From Styela clava (Eukaryota), in contig NC_135262.1 of the NCBI RefSeq assembly GCF_964204865.1, positions 14,570,001 through 14,634,000 on the forward strand: a DNA stretch of 64,000 bases, written 5' to 3'. The position numbers and the translations under genes are program-made. Positions 12,543 through 24,805 of this stretch are shown in pieces. The notes beneath the pieces were generated by a model that was given only the letters and a program-made list of their open reading frames with translations, made no database searches and had not been told where the DNA came from. The first letter of the stretch is position 1. Every line of letters begins with the position of its first letter.

Positions 12543-12632
12543 CAGACTTCGACACCGATGCGTGTAATACGAAAGGCAGATAAGATAAAGTGGACAAATT
12601 ATAATTAAAAAAAGAACTAAAAAGGCAAACAT
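12543..12632 (-). CDS. Candidate signal-peptide first coding exon of the PKD1-like gene
   Basis: ATG at 12632 opens MFAFLVLFLIIICPLYLICLSYYTHRCRSL, a hydrophobic signal-peptide-like sequence just beyond the FReD poly(A) signal on the opposite strand. The donor is unresolved: a phase-1 A|gtctgg after 12548 would join the CUB exon directly; a phase-0 CTG|gtgtgc after 12543 would need an extra exon. Confidence 0.5.
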
Positions 12633-13066
12633 TTGGAATATAACACTACAAAAGTCTGTTTATTTTTAGACCATTTCGTGGTGTAATGTAACGTGCATCA
12701 CATTAGAATGTGCAGTAAGTGAGACTCTTTGTTATTCTATTTTTTCGCTATAAACTATTGGAAGTATCAATTTTGTCTCTCGTGTATTTCGAACAATCAA
12801 AAGTGGCGACCTTAAAGCTGAGCTGAGTTCAGGGTTGACTCAACGTAAACCTGAAGTAGCGCGTACAGAATTAATTTAGAATCTATCGAATTCTATGAAA
12901 TCGTATTAACGTATTGCTATAATTTTTCATTTACAAAGTTGATTGTCAAGGGAATGCGCACGGTGACAGTATTTATATTTTGGAAATACCATTGTATGCT
13001 TGTGACGAACACTGTCATTTATACTCCTACTTGTTCCCAAGTACGCGCTCCCACGACTATCTAAAC

Positions 13067-13732
13067 AAAGGTGGTCCAAGGTTGTCGGTCTCGCGGGCCA
13101 CACTATAATTTTTGTGTTGTTCGCGGGCCACAATAATGCCAAGAATAGGTAAACAGTGCCTTAAGGAGAAAATGCCGTTTTAGTTTGTCACCGACACAAC
13201 TTGCAGACATATTAAGCAAGCATTGTGGTATTTTCCCTCTCATATCCAGTCAAAAATCTGTTTGAATTCGTCAGATTTTTTTTCAAACTCATGTTTACAA
13301 AATAACTGAAGATTTATTGATTACCGATTTTTACCAAATTTGAGATACACGAGGGCAATTACTAAATTTTCTGACATATATAGGCAGCATTTTTTTGTAA
13401 TACTGTTTAGGCTGGTTGCAAAAAAACACCCGACAGGAATTATATTGGTCAGTCATTACATTATTATTTAGTTATCAGGCATAGTGTCAACCTAGGCTAA
13501 TAGATTCTTCATTCGATTTTTAGTTTTCTATGAAGTTTATATTGTTAGCAAACATTCCCGACCGAAAATATAAAAACCAGTTAAAAATTAAGACTTGCCA
13601 AGCACATCATTTAACTTTGCTAATTGTCTCAGATGGCCATAACACTAGTCAATTCAGTGACAGCGACGCGGGCCATAAAAAATGAAGCGACGGGCCACAT
13701 GTGGCCCGCGGGCCTGGGTTTGGACCATCCTG
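13067..13732. mobile_element. Non-autonomous hAT (Charlie-like) element
   Basis: Imperfect TIRs aaaggtggtccaa / ttggaccatcctg, subterminal GCGGGCCAC repeats, perfect TSD ATCTAAAC. Confidence 0.88.
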
Positions 13733-13962
13733 ATCTAAACTAATAAGCTACTGTGTATATATATTTAAATATAAAGGAGTTAATAAAGATACTTGCGATA
13801 TTTGCCCAATCGTTCAAAAGTATCTGAACGACTTGACGGCGGTCAGAAATAAAGCCAAACAAAAAAATTGTATAGAATAATACGTACTTATATTTCCAGC
13901 TTATGCGCCAGAGCGAAACTTCAACCGCGCTATCATTTTGAGTTGTTAATAATGGTCTGATC

Positions 13963-14453
13963 CATCGTTTCTCAAACCTCTTTTGCCCCGGAACACCTAC
14001 GTCTTTTATCTCGCTTCGCGGAACACCAAGAAATGAGGTCAAATTGATAATAAAAAAATTGTGTAATGGATTTGAACCGACTTATCACGAAATCTTTTGA
14101 GGATTTCAGTTTTAGGCAATCCAACAATCCATTGAAAGAAGGGTGAATTTAGCCTATGGTAAAATTGAAAAGTTTGCTGCAAACTTTTTAATTAAAAAAT
14201 TAGGTAGACGGTAAGTAACGATATTGAACGATTGACGAAAATGCCACGCTTACCAGACTGGCACCAGGCCTGTCCGCCTGTTTGTCGTCAGTTGAGAGAC
14301 AAATTTACGACACAGGAGCGCCAATGTGCGACCGAGATTGCCATGGTGACCAATTTTTTCGCAAATTTTGATCTCTGCCCGGCGGAACACTCCAAAGACC
14401 AAAGTAGCTCGCGGAACAACAGTGTTCCGCGGAACACAGTTTGAGAGACGCTG
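13963..14453. mobile_element. Non-autonomous hAT MITE
   Basis: TIRs catcgtttctcaaac / gtttgagagacgctg, subterminal CGGAACAC repeats, TSD GTCTGATC/GTCTAATC. Confidence 0.85.
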
Positions 14454-14533
14454 GTCTAATCACCGAGCTAGCGTATATTACGAACCAAGTCGGGAATCCC
14501 TAATTTATACGAATGGGTTGATGTATTAAGGGC

Positions 14534-14720
14534 GGTTCCATTACATTTGAACCCACGTACATTTGAACCCATGACAATTGCACCTGTATGCTATTGCACC
14601 TATGAAATTTTTTTTGTTTCACGGATAGTTAAACCCATACTAACCCTAGCCCATGGGTTTTAGCACCCGCATATAGATTGAACCCGTGGGTATACGCATG
14701 GGTTCAAATGTACGGTCACC
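14534..14720. mobile_element. Small Mutator-like MITE
   Basis: GG...CC ends, inverted tacatttgaaccca repeats, 9-bp flanking repeat ATTAAGGGC/ATCAAGGGC. Confidence 0.7.
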
Positions 14721-15469
14721 ATCAAGGGCATGACGCAGGAACGCCATGCCGTTTGATAGTGCCTTCGAGACCTTATTCATTAAAAACCCATCCTACGCGC
14801 AAAAAGAAAAGTGATGTAAAATTTTTTTTTAACATTAGCTCTTATGGGGAATGTGATCACCAGAGCAGAAATTTGCATTTTTGGTAATTTTCTAGATATC
14901 TTTCATTGTATACGTGAGCAGTTATGAGGATAGAATATTTTTTACATCTTCTTTAATATTTTTATCATGATAAACATGGTCAAGATTTTTGATAATCGTT
15001 CATTAAAATTTCAATGAGAGCGGTGTTTCCGATGATGTCATTCTCACTAGACTATGAAATTCTGCCAACGCGCCGTGCTCTGTGGGATATGTGCTGCAAA
15101 TGCGGCGCTAATGTCGCTTTGGGTCCGGTACTGGAAGCATTCAACATTGACAATCTATAACCCATACCATTTCTATCACGTTTGTTTACTGGTTTTACGC
15201 ATTTATACCTGTACAGCTAGCAATCATTTACTGAAGGCATGCTGACGTGTTATTTAAACTACCGGTACCGTACCAAGGCTGCAAGAGGTGAAAACTAAAT
15301 TATTTAGTCCAAATAGGCTACTGAAATAGGCCTACGAACAAAAATGTTGGCCATCCTGCCAATAGGCAGGATAAGTTTTACGATACCGGTATACAAAAAA
15401 GATGAATATCTCCAACCTACAATGGTACAATACCGGTCTCCTAACTAGGTTAAAAAACATGACTGAATA

Positions 15470-16200
15470 CGAGAGGGAGATTTATTTTGTCAACCAGAAT
15501 ACAAGCATTGAATCAATAAAAATTATATACAAAACACACAGTTATTCAGTATAGACTGGGGGAGCGATACGACCATCACTGTCAGCTCCCCCCTGCCCCA
15601 CATGTTTGCTATCAAGATTAACAGTTAATTAAGATGTTTGAACAATTTAACAAAAACTCCTTGGAGGAAGAGTTGACTAAGTTACAGAATATTTTTAGAT
15701 TCGGTTAAAAATGTAGTCCATTATTAAACCACTGCTTTTTTTTGCAGATTTTCACTTAGTGGATACTTAGCAAGTACGACAGTTAATTTATAAAAAAAAT
15801 TGTAAACAAATAACAAATCAGTAGCAGTCAGCTCGGGTATTCAAACATGTGATGATTGAAGTGAGAAAAAAATTTGAAGTCACATTTAGGATACATTAAA
15901 CAATTAGGATTACATTAAACAACAATGGGAAAGGTACATTGGAATCAGTCAAGCTTCAAATGCTAATGGCATTTATGAAAAGAATATGCGAAATGAAGAC
16001 TGAAGTTTCCATCTGGGACATTGGAAGACGCTAAAACCTCATAGTCTAGACTTGATAGTGTGGAAAGCCTTCTCACAATGCAGAAATAATGGGACATATA
16101 TTTATAATATCAATATACAGGCTTTAAATTGAACTATATGTTTGAATAAAATATCTATCTTTGCAAATAAATGCTGAAAACCATTTATTTCACTCTGCTG
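15470..16200 (-). mobile_element. Decayed LINE (CR1/L2-like) 3' end
   Basis: Degenerate ORF2-end-like peptide (HILFINAISI*SL), GC stem-loop ggggagc...gctcccc at 15558-15593, AATAAA near the end; boundaries approximate. Confidence 0.45.
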
Positions 16201-16238
16201 AGTGATTAGGGCCAGAAATTTGCTGTAGGGACCATCAC

Positions 16239-16721
16239 CAGGGCTGGATTTACCAATAGGCTAGGCAGGATGAAACCTAGAGCCTCGAAATTCGGTTTCG
16301 AAGTTTGTAATTCTTTTGAAAACTTGACAAGTTTGAACCCTACAAAAAGTAGCCTATATATATATATCAAGCTTTTCAGAGTAGAAAATTCTGTACCTAA
16401 CTGGTTTCAACCACATTGTAAACAGTCATTATTGCGTCGTTTGCATCATAATAAGGGAAATTATTATTATGCGCATTCTGCTGGAAGTTTCTATGTTAAA
16501 GTATGGCTGTAGCGGTTGTTTGATCAAAGAAATTGAAAGTAAAACTTCCTCAAGTAAATTTTTATTCTTTTAATTAAAAATTTACACCCATGAATGGGGA
16601 GAATAAAAAGTTAAATGCTTTCATATTTTTAAATTTTAAGCAATTAAATGTGGTGTTGTTTAGAGGGAAATTCTGAGCTCAAAAATATGAAGGGGCCTCT
16701 CATGGTCTAAATCCAGCCCTG
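16239..16721. mobile_element. hAT-type MITE nested in the long-TIR element
   Basis: Perfect 14-bp TIR cagggctggattta / taaatccagccctg; TSD ACCATCAC/AACATCAC. Confidence 0.88.
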
Positions 16722-19700
16722 AACATCACCAATTTGGGATAGGTACATGGTGTCAACATATGAACCGAGTTAGGCCATTGGATTATGGAATTCATGAAAT
16801 ATATAACATCCAATTAAAACCAAAATAGGTCTTTCGTTGAACGCCAGTTGTGGTCCCGGTACCGGTATACCAGTATTCTGTTATCACAAGCAGTTGGAGC
16901 GCATAACCCACAGAGCACGGCGCGTTGGCAGAATCTCATGGTCTAGTGAGAATGACGTCATCGGAAACACCGCGCTCATTAAAATTTCAATGAACGATTA
17001 TCAAAAATCTTGACCATGTTTATCATAATAAAAATATCAAAAAAGATGTAGAAAATATTCTTTCCTCAAAACTGCTCACGTATACAATGAAAGATATCTA
17101 GAAAATTACATAAAATTCAAATTTCTGCTCTGGTGATCACATTCCCCATAAGAGCTCATGTTAAATATTTTTTTTTTACATCACTTTTCTTTTTGCGCGT
17201 AGGATGGGTTTTTAATGAATAAGGTCTATTTCGCAATGAAGTTTTACTTTCATTTTCAGGGTCAGATTAGACGCAATTATATAAGCCAGGCATGCTCTCC
17301 AATGATTAACTTTAACTAAAACAAGTGAAATTAACTGTTGCCCCCAAGCGCACAAATACGTTTGCAAATAAGCTTTTATTCTATTAGGGGGGGTATATAA
17401 ATTATAAAAACATAAATCGAAAAGCTGATTACGTTGTAAACCTGACAAAATCCCTGGACACCTGAATACAGGGATGGTGATTGCATGAGTCGAATTCTTG
17501 ATTTAAATTGGCCGTACAAAGATATAACGTTACGTACCAACATTGATGTATTCTTTACTGCGGCCGGATGGAATTCCAGAGATGATGGCAATTACCGTCG
17601 ATAATAACATTATTGTCTCAGATAAAGGCATGACTAAAATCATTACAAAAATACAAATTAGGTTGGTTATTATTCTGTGCTCAGCGAGTCAGACTAAAAT
17701 GGGCGTTCTGTGACATTTGCTTTCGTCCATTGCCCTAGCATAGACTAGAAAAGTTTGATCGCTTAGTGTTTGCTTTGCTGTTGACATACTATATTGAATA
17801 TTGGACAATATCCAATTCTCTGTATCAAGGGTCTGCTAAAGCCAATGGGTTCAATATTTTCTGAGCGCTTCTTTGTGTCAGAGCATAACTCGAACTTGGA
17901 ACTTCCTGTATGAATGGGACTAGCCTATTGGTACAACTCGATGAGTTAGTTAGCTAGCATATATTCGTTTACAAACTAACTAGTAATGAGCTGACTTGAT
18001 CGCAATATGATATACAATAATTGTTCTACAATTTTTTTCAAGTACCGGTACAATCGTAAATATATACTCATACTATTGCTAAACAAGAGCTAGTGTTCGA
18101 CAACATTTATAGATTGACCTTGCTGGACATACAAAATGTCGTTTATTGCGTCACCTTGGCGTAAGGGAATTTTCGTACAATTGTGATATCACTATCACCG
18201 AAACACATAGAACAAAATCAGTAAGATCGTAGTTCATAAGAATTCATACTAGGAGCCATCGTTGCAAGGGGCGATGCGTGAATATATTGTTTCGTGCCAT
18301 ATATGCAAGGTAATCGTAATACACTATAATATAAATGTTGTAGTACTAGAGATATTATTTCCATTGGAACAAAATTTGGTCAAGGTGAAATGAACTTATT
18401 TGGGTATTCCTAGTATAGAGATGGCATATGGAACCATAATACTGGTAGAATGCTCAAAATCATGAAAATTATATCTTGTCCAGTTACAACTTTTAAAACT
18501 ATTAACATAACTCGAAGGTTGGCAAATTGTTAGGAAATGCGGATTCGCAGGCCGGGTAATGCCAAATATATGCGCGACAATTGTTGGATTATCTGCCGGG
18601 TGGCTCACATGATCACTGATGGAATAGCGCATTCTACAGCCCATGTTGTATATGTATCTATTGATTTGCTGATCAGATAGATCGAACCTCAGTGTATGCT
18701 TCGTCATGATTAAATATTTGACGGACGGTTATTTTTTGACAGTGGCAGTGGCACAAGGTTACAACGTGACCCTGGATAATCAATTGCACGTTTCTGAATT
18801 GTTTGTTTATTATATAGCATGAGATGTTAAAATTATTCCAGAATCATTTGCCTTAAAAATATTTGATAGCGCTAAAACAAACGTTGTTGATTGTATGTAC
18901 GAACTATGTCTAATCATGAAGTATTGGCAATCATTATGTATGACTTCCCGTATCTGATCTGGTAAAAACTTGGTATGGCTATATCTGAACGAGAGACCAA
19001 TTTAGAAAATTAATCAATATACATTCAAAGGCCGTCATGTTGCATATGAATGATTATTTGCAAGTGTTGTAACACCTTTTCTATGTATCCTGACAAATAC
19101 AGGTGTCGCATAAGGGGGTGACTGAAATATCTGGCTGTTCTTTGATTCTTGGAAAACTATTCGAAAACGCGCAACTCTCAGTGTGTCCTCCAATGCCACA
19201 AATATCAAAAGATGTTGTTCAATGAAATTTGATATATTGAAATAAATTCAGTAAAACAGTTCACAATGTTGAATGAGGTTAAAGAGGTGTAGCAAAGGCA
19301 GTGATGCGAATGTAGCGTAATGATCCAAATGTTGCGGTTTTCTGAATTTAAATAAAGATATTCAAATACAGATCATGTGAAACAATAATGCATTGAAGCA
19401 CTTGCAATCTTAAATTATCAATTAAAGTGAATATTATGCAGACACTAACAAGTAATGTTGATCACAAATTATTATCAGACCAACGCAGCACTATGAGGAA
19501 AATATTACCATAACCAGTAATGTAAAACAAAAGTTAGAATCTTACCGAAACTTTTTGAGCCAGGCAATAACAAATTTAACTTCAGAATATATAGAAATAA
19601 ATTTTTTAATTTCAGTTCAGGAATCAAGCAAATTATAGTTTATTTCTAGCTTACTTAAAATTCTACAATAAAAGTTACAGCAGTTATATGCTCCAATAAA

Positions 19701-20199
19701 TAAGCCTAAGAAACGGGTAATTAATTATTCTTACAATCGGACCTTAATCGTAACTTGTTACAGACAAAGTTTCTTTGTTTTATTTCATATATATTTGACC
19801 TGGGGTTATCTCGAGATAGATCGGTCATTGCACTTTGTCGAATGACCGTTCAGGAAATTACTCCCTTCAAGGCGATTTCACCATCTGTTCGTGGGCAGGA
19901 ACGAGCATGTCAGCGTAAACAAAGTCTGTTATCGGCCTTTTCTTTTTCTCTCGTTTTTGTTTGTTTATTATTTCGAATCATTTCCAGTCGGCTGTTTACA
20001 ATTTATTTCTTGTTAGGGGTTTGCCGTTTGAGTAGTGCTAATTTATTCGCCGCAATGAGCGGATTTGTTTGTTTGTTTCTCAGTTTAATAATAGGGTTTG
20101 ATTCATTTTGCATATCTTGTATTTTTATGTTGCTACTGTTTGCATATTCTAGAGTTAAGTATGTAGTTAACCTGCCTGTTGGGTTGGTCGTAAACTTTA

Positions 20200-20370
20200 G
20201 CAACCCTCAACACCTCAATAGTTGATCATTCGACCTCAACACGTCAACAATTGATCATTCGTATTCTACAATGATCATTTGACCTCAATATTGTTGTAAT
20301 CAATTGATTATTGGACCTCAACATTGCTATATCAATTTATTCGAACTTCTACAATAGTGGAATCATTTGT
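20200..20370. repeat. Degenerate tandem repeat, core TTGATCATTCGACCTCAAC, about 5-6 copies
   Basis: Irregularly spaced tgatcattcgacctcaa / tgattattggacctcaa variants. Confidence 0.6.
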
Positions 20371-20566
20371 TTTATCACCACACAATTTCGTATTTTACGT
20401 GACTGCAATAGATTTCAATCATATTCAAGTTGTGGAGTTGTTAACATCGAGAAACCAGGCAGGTTATACATCAAAGAAAGTTAATAGCGCGAAGTGTCAC
20501 CTCCCAACACGTTATAGGCTTCTTGTAGAGCCTCATCATAAGTACTAAGTCGCTTATAATCTACAT

Positions 20567-20877
20567 CAGGGCTACTCAACTGGCGGACCGCGGTCCGAAT
20601 CCGGACCTTTCGAGTATTGGATTTGCACCTAATTATTTATTTTGGATCATTAGCCCCACTTTTTGAATTTCCTATTATAAAATGACTTTCATAGTTTTGA
20701 ATATATACGAAAAGAATTATAACACCATAATAAACAATTTTAATTTGCTACTAATCATTAGTCGGTCGAGGAAGTGCTCGTTTGAGGATGCCGAAATATC
20801 ATTTCTGGAAAGACCGGACCCAAATAATTTTGAAGTTTTGTTTTCGGACCTTCGATAAAAATAGTTGAGTAGCCCTG
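20567..20877. mobile_element. Young hAT MITE (311 bp)
   Basis: Perfect 15-bp TIR cagggctactcaact / agttgagtagccctg, perfect TSD ATCTACAT, GGACC/GGTCC subterminal motifs. Confidence 0.93.
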
Positions 20878-21339
20878 ATCTACATAACTAATGTACACAC
20901 AAAAAGCAATCCTTGGAATAAATACGCAACAACTACCGTCGAAGCACGGCAGCGAGTCACATGAGACAATTCTGTTCCGACCGTCGTCGGGTGCGGACGT
21001 GTCAGCTTGAAAAGACTAGTGAATGCTACGCGTTGTATGTTTCGGTATCTGTAATCTGTATCGCGCAATATCAACATGAGCAAAGCCCATCCACTAAAAT
21101 AAGAGAAGTTTATGGATAAAAGATTGGATTTAAAGTTTGGACGATCCTTCTATGAATCTAGTCGTGTATGATGGAACAGAGCATAGAAAAGATGGGATCA
21201 CTGCACCTGTTGGAATGGCTGAATGGTGGTCGTTCGAGGAAATTCGATATTAATGTTGGAAGCATTGGAACGGATACAATGATTTTAAAGTGAACTAACC
21301 GAAAACGACAAAAGAACCCAATATCCCAATTGATGATTT

Positions 21340-21739
21340 GTGCATAGACTGCTATGGAACATTCAATCCATTTACCAAGCTTGTTTTTTAGTAAAAAAAA
21401 ATTGTCACTGTATTATTTTTGCAATATAATTGAAGTAGGCCCACAACATCATAATTTTTTGTCAGCGAGTGTTCTTTAATCCATATATCTGTATAGGAAA
21501 AGCACATACACGTCTCACATTTTAATTTGAATTTATAAGATATTGCCCGATGTCACATCGTGTTTTTGTTTTATTGTGTTTTGCCTGTTTTTGGGGGACG
21601 GGCACGTACTTGTACGTATTTAACTTTTTTATTAAGTTATGCCCGTCCTCCAGGTCCTCTGTATTTTGTTTGTCCCTTTGTTGTTGTTTTGTGTTTTGTT
21701 TGTATCAGAGTGACCGAATAAAATTGATTGATTGATTGA
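21340..21739 (+). mobile_element. LINE (L2/CR1-like) 3' end
   Basis: Stem ggacgggca...tgcccgtcc, then AATAAA and an (ATTG)n tail; LWN-like residue upstream. Confidence 0.5.
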
Positions 21740-21842
21740 GAGCAAGGCAAGATTAGACTTGTCCAGCGAGAGTCGATTGCAACATGTCTGGAGTTTTCCA
21801 TTTGTAGTTTCACTTTAGGGAAATCCCCAATGATAGTATATG

Positions 21843-23949
21843 CAGTGATTCCCAAAGTGGGCGATATCGCCCCCCAGTGGGCGAAAACGATACAGAGGGG
21901 GGCGAAAAAGTCTAAGGGGGCGATTTCGCGAAACCTGTTTTATGTTCGGCGCACTTAATTCTGTACTCTGTGTGCATTGGCAGGCTTGAATCATGTGGGC
22001 GATATTCACACGCGAATGAATTTCTGGTCTCGTCTTCGCAGTAAAGTAAGGTAGTTTGCGTATCCCTGTGGTCGGCAAAATGCGGCCGGAGTAAAATAAT
22101 CTGGCCCGGGACGATTCACTGAATGGACCTTTCCCCGACCTTTGACTGCGGAAAATTCTTCACCATTTTAAAATTTTCGGTGATTATTTTAAGAGTGGTT
22201 TCGCGAGTTGTTGCCTGTAAAATGGGGTATTTGTTTCAAACTATCATTCTAATACACACCATTTAACAATCTGTTTTTTATAAGTACCGATAAAAAGTTT
22301 TAGCCTAGTCTATCACAGCTATTTCTACACTAATTTTTGATTGCTGTATTTAAACTGAAACTCATAGAAAGACAAAGTAATCATTGACTTATTTGATTTA
22401 TATTTAAATTTCCGAAAAACAACTAAAAACTAACGAATATAATTCAAAAACGCGAAAATGAGGTAGTGTTTACGACCACGCCTGAAAATTTGTCTGAGTG
22501 AGAGTGCCTGAGCGGATGCGAAAGGGGGCATTGTTACGTTTTTTGCATCTTGCTGATTGGCCAATGTCACGAAGTAAACAAGGAAGTCTATGCCCGGGGA
22601 AATATCCAAACGGCGGTTTTGACGATGAAATTTTTTTATTTATAATCTACGCTCGAAAAGTAAATTACATTTTTTACGTAACAGAATTTATCGTGAGACA
22701 CGTTTAGATTAAATTATACTATATCCTAACAATTTAGGGAACAGCCACTCGTTTGACGAGCCTACAATTTAATTATAATTAGACAAATGGAAACACGCAG
22801 AAAAGTTGATGCTGAGTGCAGGGGTTCAATAGCGCAGTAAATATTCGAATATATTGCAAAGCAATAAGAAAATAAAATTCGTATTCTATTCGAGAGATTC
22901 ATCACTGCTTAATTTTTGTAAGAATGTATCTTCTTAGAAAGAAAATATTTATCAAAATTTCACAAATCATGCGAAAATATTCACTTCGATGTTTGGAAGT
23001 ACTTATTTGTGCAAACCATTATTTTCGAAAATGAACATTACAAAGAACAAGCAAAAAAGTGGGTTTGGTGATGCCCATTTGGAAAATGTTTCAATCTTGG
23101 CGTCGTAAAGCTATCCAGCGTGATGCAACAACGAGACAGTGTCACATTAAATATCGTTGTAATATTTTTCTAATAAGACGACTGAGTTGAGTTCACGAAT
23201 TGTCGCAGTTTTCGCGCGCTGTTCCGTTTTCAACTTTCAAAAAATATATGCGACCCGCAAAAGACCAACCCTGAATTAGCAACCCTGAATTTTGTCCTGC
23301 GAGCGACATTAAATTTGCCGACCCCTGGGCCGTAGCCGATAGTCAGTCACGGCTTCTTCCACATCCGAGTCAATGAATCCAAAAACAAATAGCTGTTATT
23401 AATTATGGACTGGTGATCGGACTGAAGGCCGTGATAGGATGCGGAATCGGGGATGAATTTTTCCGAAATATTTTGGTGCAGGTCATCAGGCTGTACGAAT
23501 GAATGAGATGTACGAAAATCATTATTATAAGTTTGGGAAAATTGACTTTGTTTTTAATATTTTAATGTGAAATGGGGTGAATTTAGGAAGTGAAATGCTA
23601 TGAGGCAAGAGTACACGCCGGTTTTTGAGGAGGTAGAACCCTGGATTCTTTCATTTCCGACCTATTATATGGTGAAAAAGGGGTTTTCAGCCGTGCTACT
23701 ATTGCTATTAAATCAAAGAAATCACCTTTCCATCAGTAAGCGGGGTAATTTTAGATATAATAAAAAACTCGCTGAAGAACACCAAGCTCATCTATCTCAT
23801 TAAATAACACTATAAACTATGATTTGTCTTCTTATTTGGTCTGTAATATATTCGTTTCTGACTTTATATTTTTTTGTAGTACAGGGGGGCGATGAAGTTG
23901 CACAAACTAGTTTAGGGGGGCGATGGTCAAAAAAGTTTGGGAACCACTG
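21843..23949 (+). mobile_element. Internally deleted Buster/Charlie-type hAT transposon with transposase C-terminal remnant
   Basis: TIRs cagtgattcccaaa / tttgggaaccactg with GGGGCGA subterminal repeats. ORF 23600-23803 (SFPTYYMVKKGFSAV..RNHL..RGNFR..HQAHLSH) resembles the ZBED5/SCAND3-type transposase C-terminus. TSD not conserved. Confidence 0.8.
22066..23327 (+). mobile_element. Nested SPIN/GTF2IRD2-like hAT deletion derivative
   Basis: TIRs ctgtggtcggcaaa / tttgccgacccctg; N-terminal remnant METRRKVDAECRG (~22787) close to C-terminal remnant SMFGSTYLCKPLFSKMN..DAHL (~22985-23080). Confidence 0.78.
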
Positions 23950-24120
23950 GACTATAGAAGACTTGCACGGGTCACGTGACCTTGTTTACTTGACGGCAAT
24001 AAAACAAAAACGTCCATTTGGCTCCTGTCAGTTGCAAGTCGGATTATACGTTTCCGTTTTGTTTGGCTGTTGAAAATGGTTATTGCGTATTGTTCCGCTG
24101 GCTGTACGTATAGTATAGAC

Positions 24121-24273
24121 CAGGGCTACTCAACTGGCGGACCGCGGTCCGAATCCGGACCTTTCGAGTATTGGATTTGCACCTAATTATTTATTTTGGA
24201 TTATTAGCCCCACTTTTTGAATTTCCTATTATAAAATGACTTTCATAGTTTTGAATATATACGAAAAGAATTA
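24121..24273. mobile_element. 5' half copy of the 20567-20877 MITE
   Basis: Near-identical to the first ~150 bp of that MITE, then breaks off. Confidence 0.9.
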
Positions 24274-24550
24274 AAGATAACTAAAGTTAAACGCCAGTGC
24301 TAATGCAAAAAAATAACCAGACTTCAATTGAATTCTCCATCTAAGAATACGCTCGCCACCGCATCTCTGATCCCCCTGGGAGTTTCACAGGTTCCAATCC
24401 CATGCGGGAATAGTTATGTGCGAGGGGATTGCAGCTCTCCTCCCACTTAGGGTGGTTCACATGCCAATTTTCGAACTTACAAGTGTTTCACAGGTTAAAT
24501 TTACAAAAAGAACTTATGGTGCTGTGGATGTATTAAAAATGAACAATAGC

Positions 24551-24805
24551 TATTACTTATCGATCTTGATCGGTAAGTATGTTGATAGGTATTTGTCTGT
24601 CTGTCTGTTAGACACTTTCACTGCATTCATCATATCTCGGACCAGAAGCCTATTGATTTTGGATGAATTATGTCGTATAATTAACGAGTTATTAATTAAA
24701 TATTCAATTTCTTATTTTTTAATTTTTTTTATAATTAGCAAGTTAATTAATTAATTCATTTATTTTGCGGAGGATCGATATGTCGGCGTTCTCTGATCTC
24801 TATCT
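24551..24805 (+). mobile_element. Helentron/DINE-1-like (HINE) non-autonomous element candidate
   Basis: 5' palindrome tacttatcgatc-tt-gatcggtaagta, internal (GTCT)n microsatellite, 3' GC-rich hairpin-like end. Confidence 0.45.

Larger units (their letters stand above)
14768..17227. mobile_element. DNA transposon derivative with ~335-bp terminal inverted repeats and nested insertions
   Basis: 14768-~15102 is the reverse complement of ~16891-17227 (agaccttattcattaaaaacccatcctacgcgc...), with scattered mismatches. No transposase ORF inside; superfamily uncertain. Confidence 0.88.

Noticed and set aside
14630-14652. Telomere-like taaccctagccc
   Set aside because: Only 2-3 degenerate units, inside a MITE.
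19755-20225. 156-aa hydrophobic ORF
   Set aside because: T-rich low-complexity sequence, TTG start, no family motif or splice support.
20200-20370. CRISPR-like repeat-spacer appearance
   Set aside because: Repeats are degenerate, spacing is short and irregular, no cas genes, eukaryotic context.
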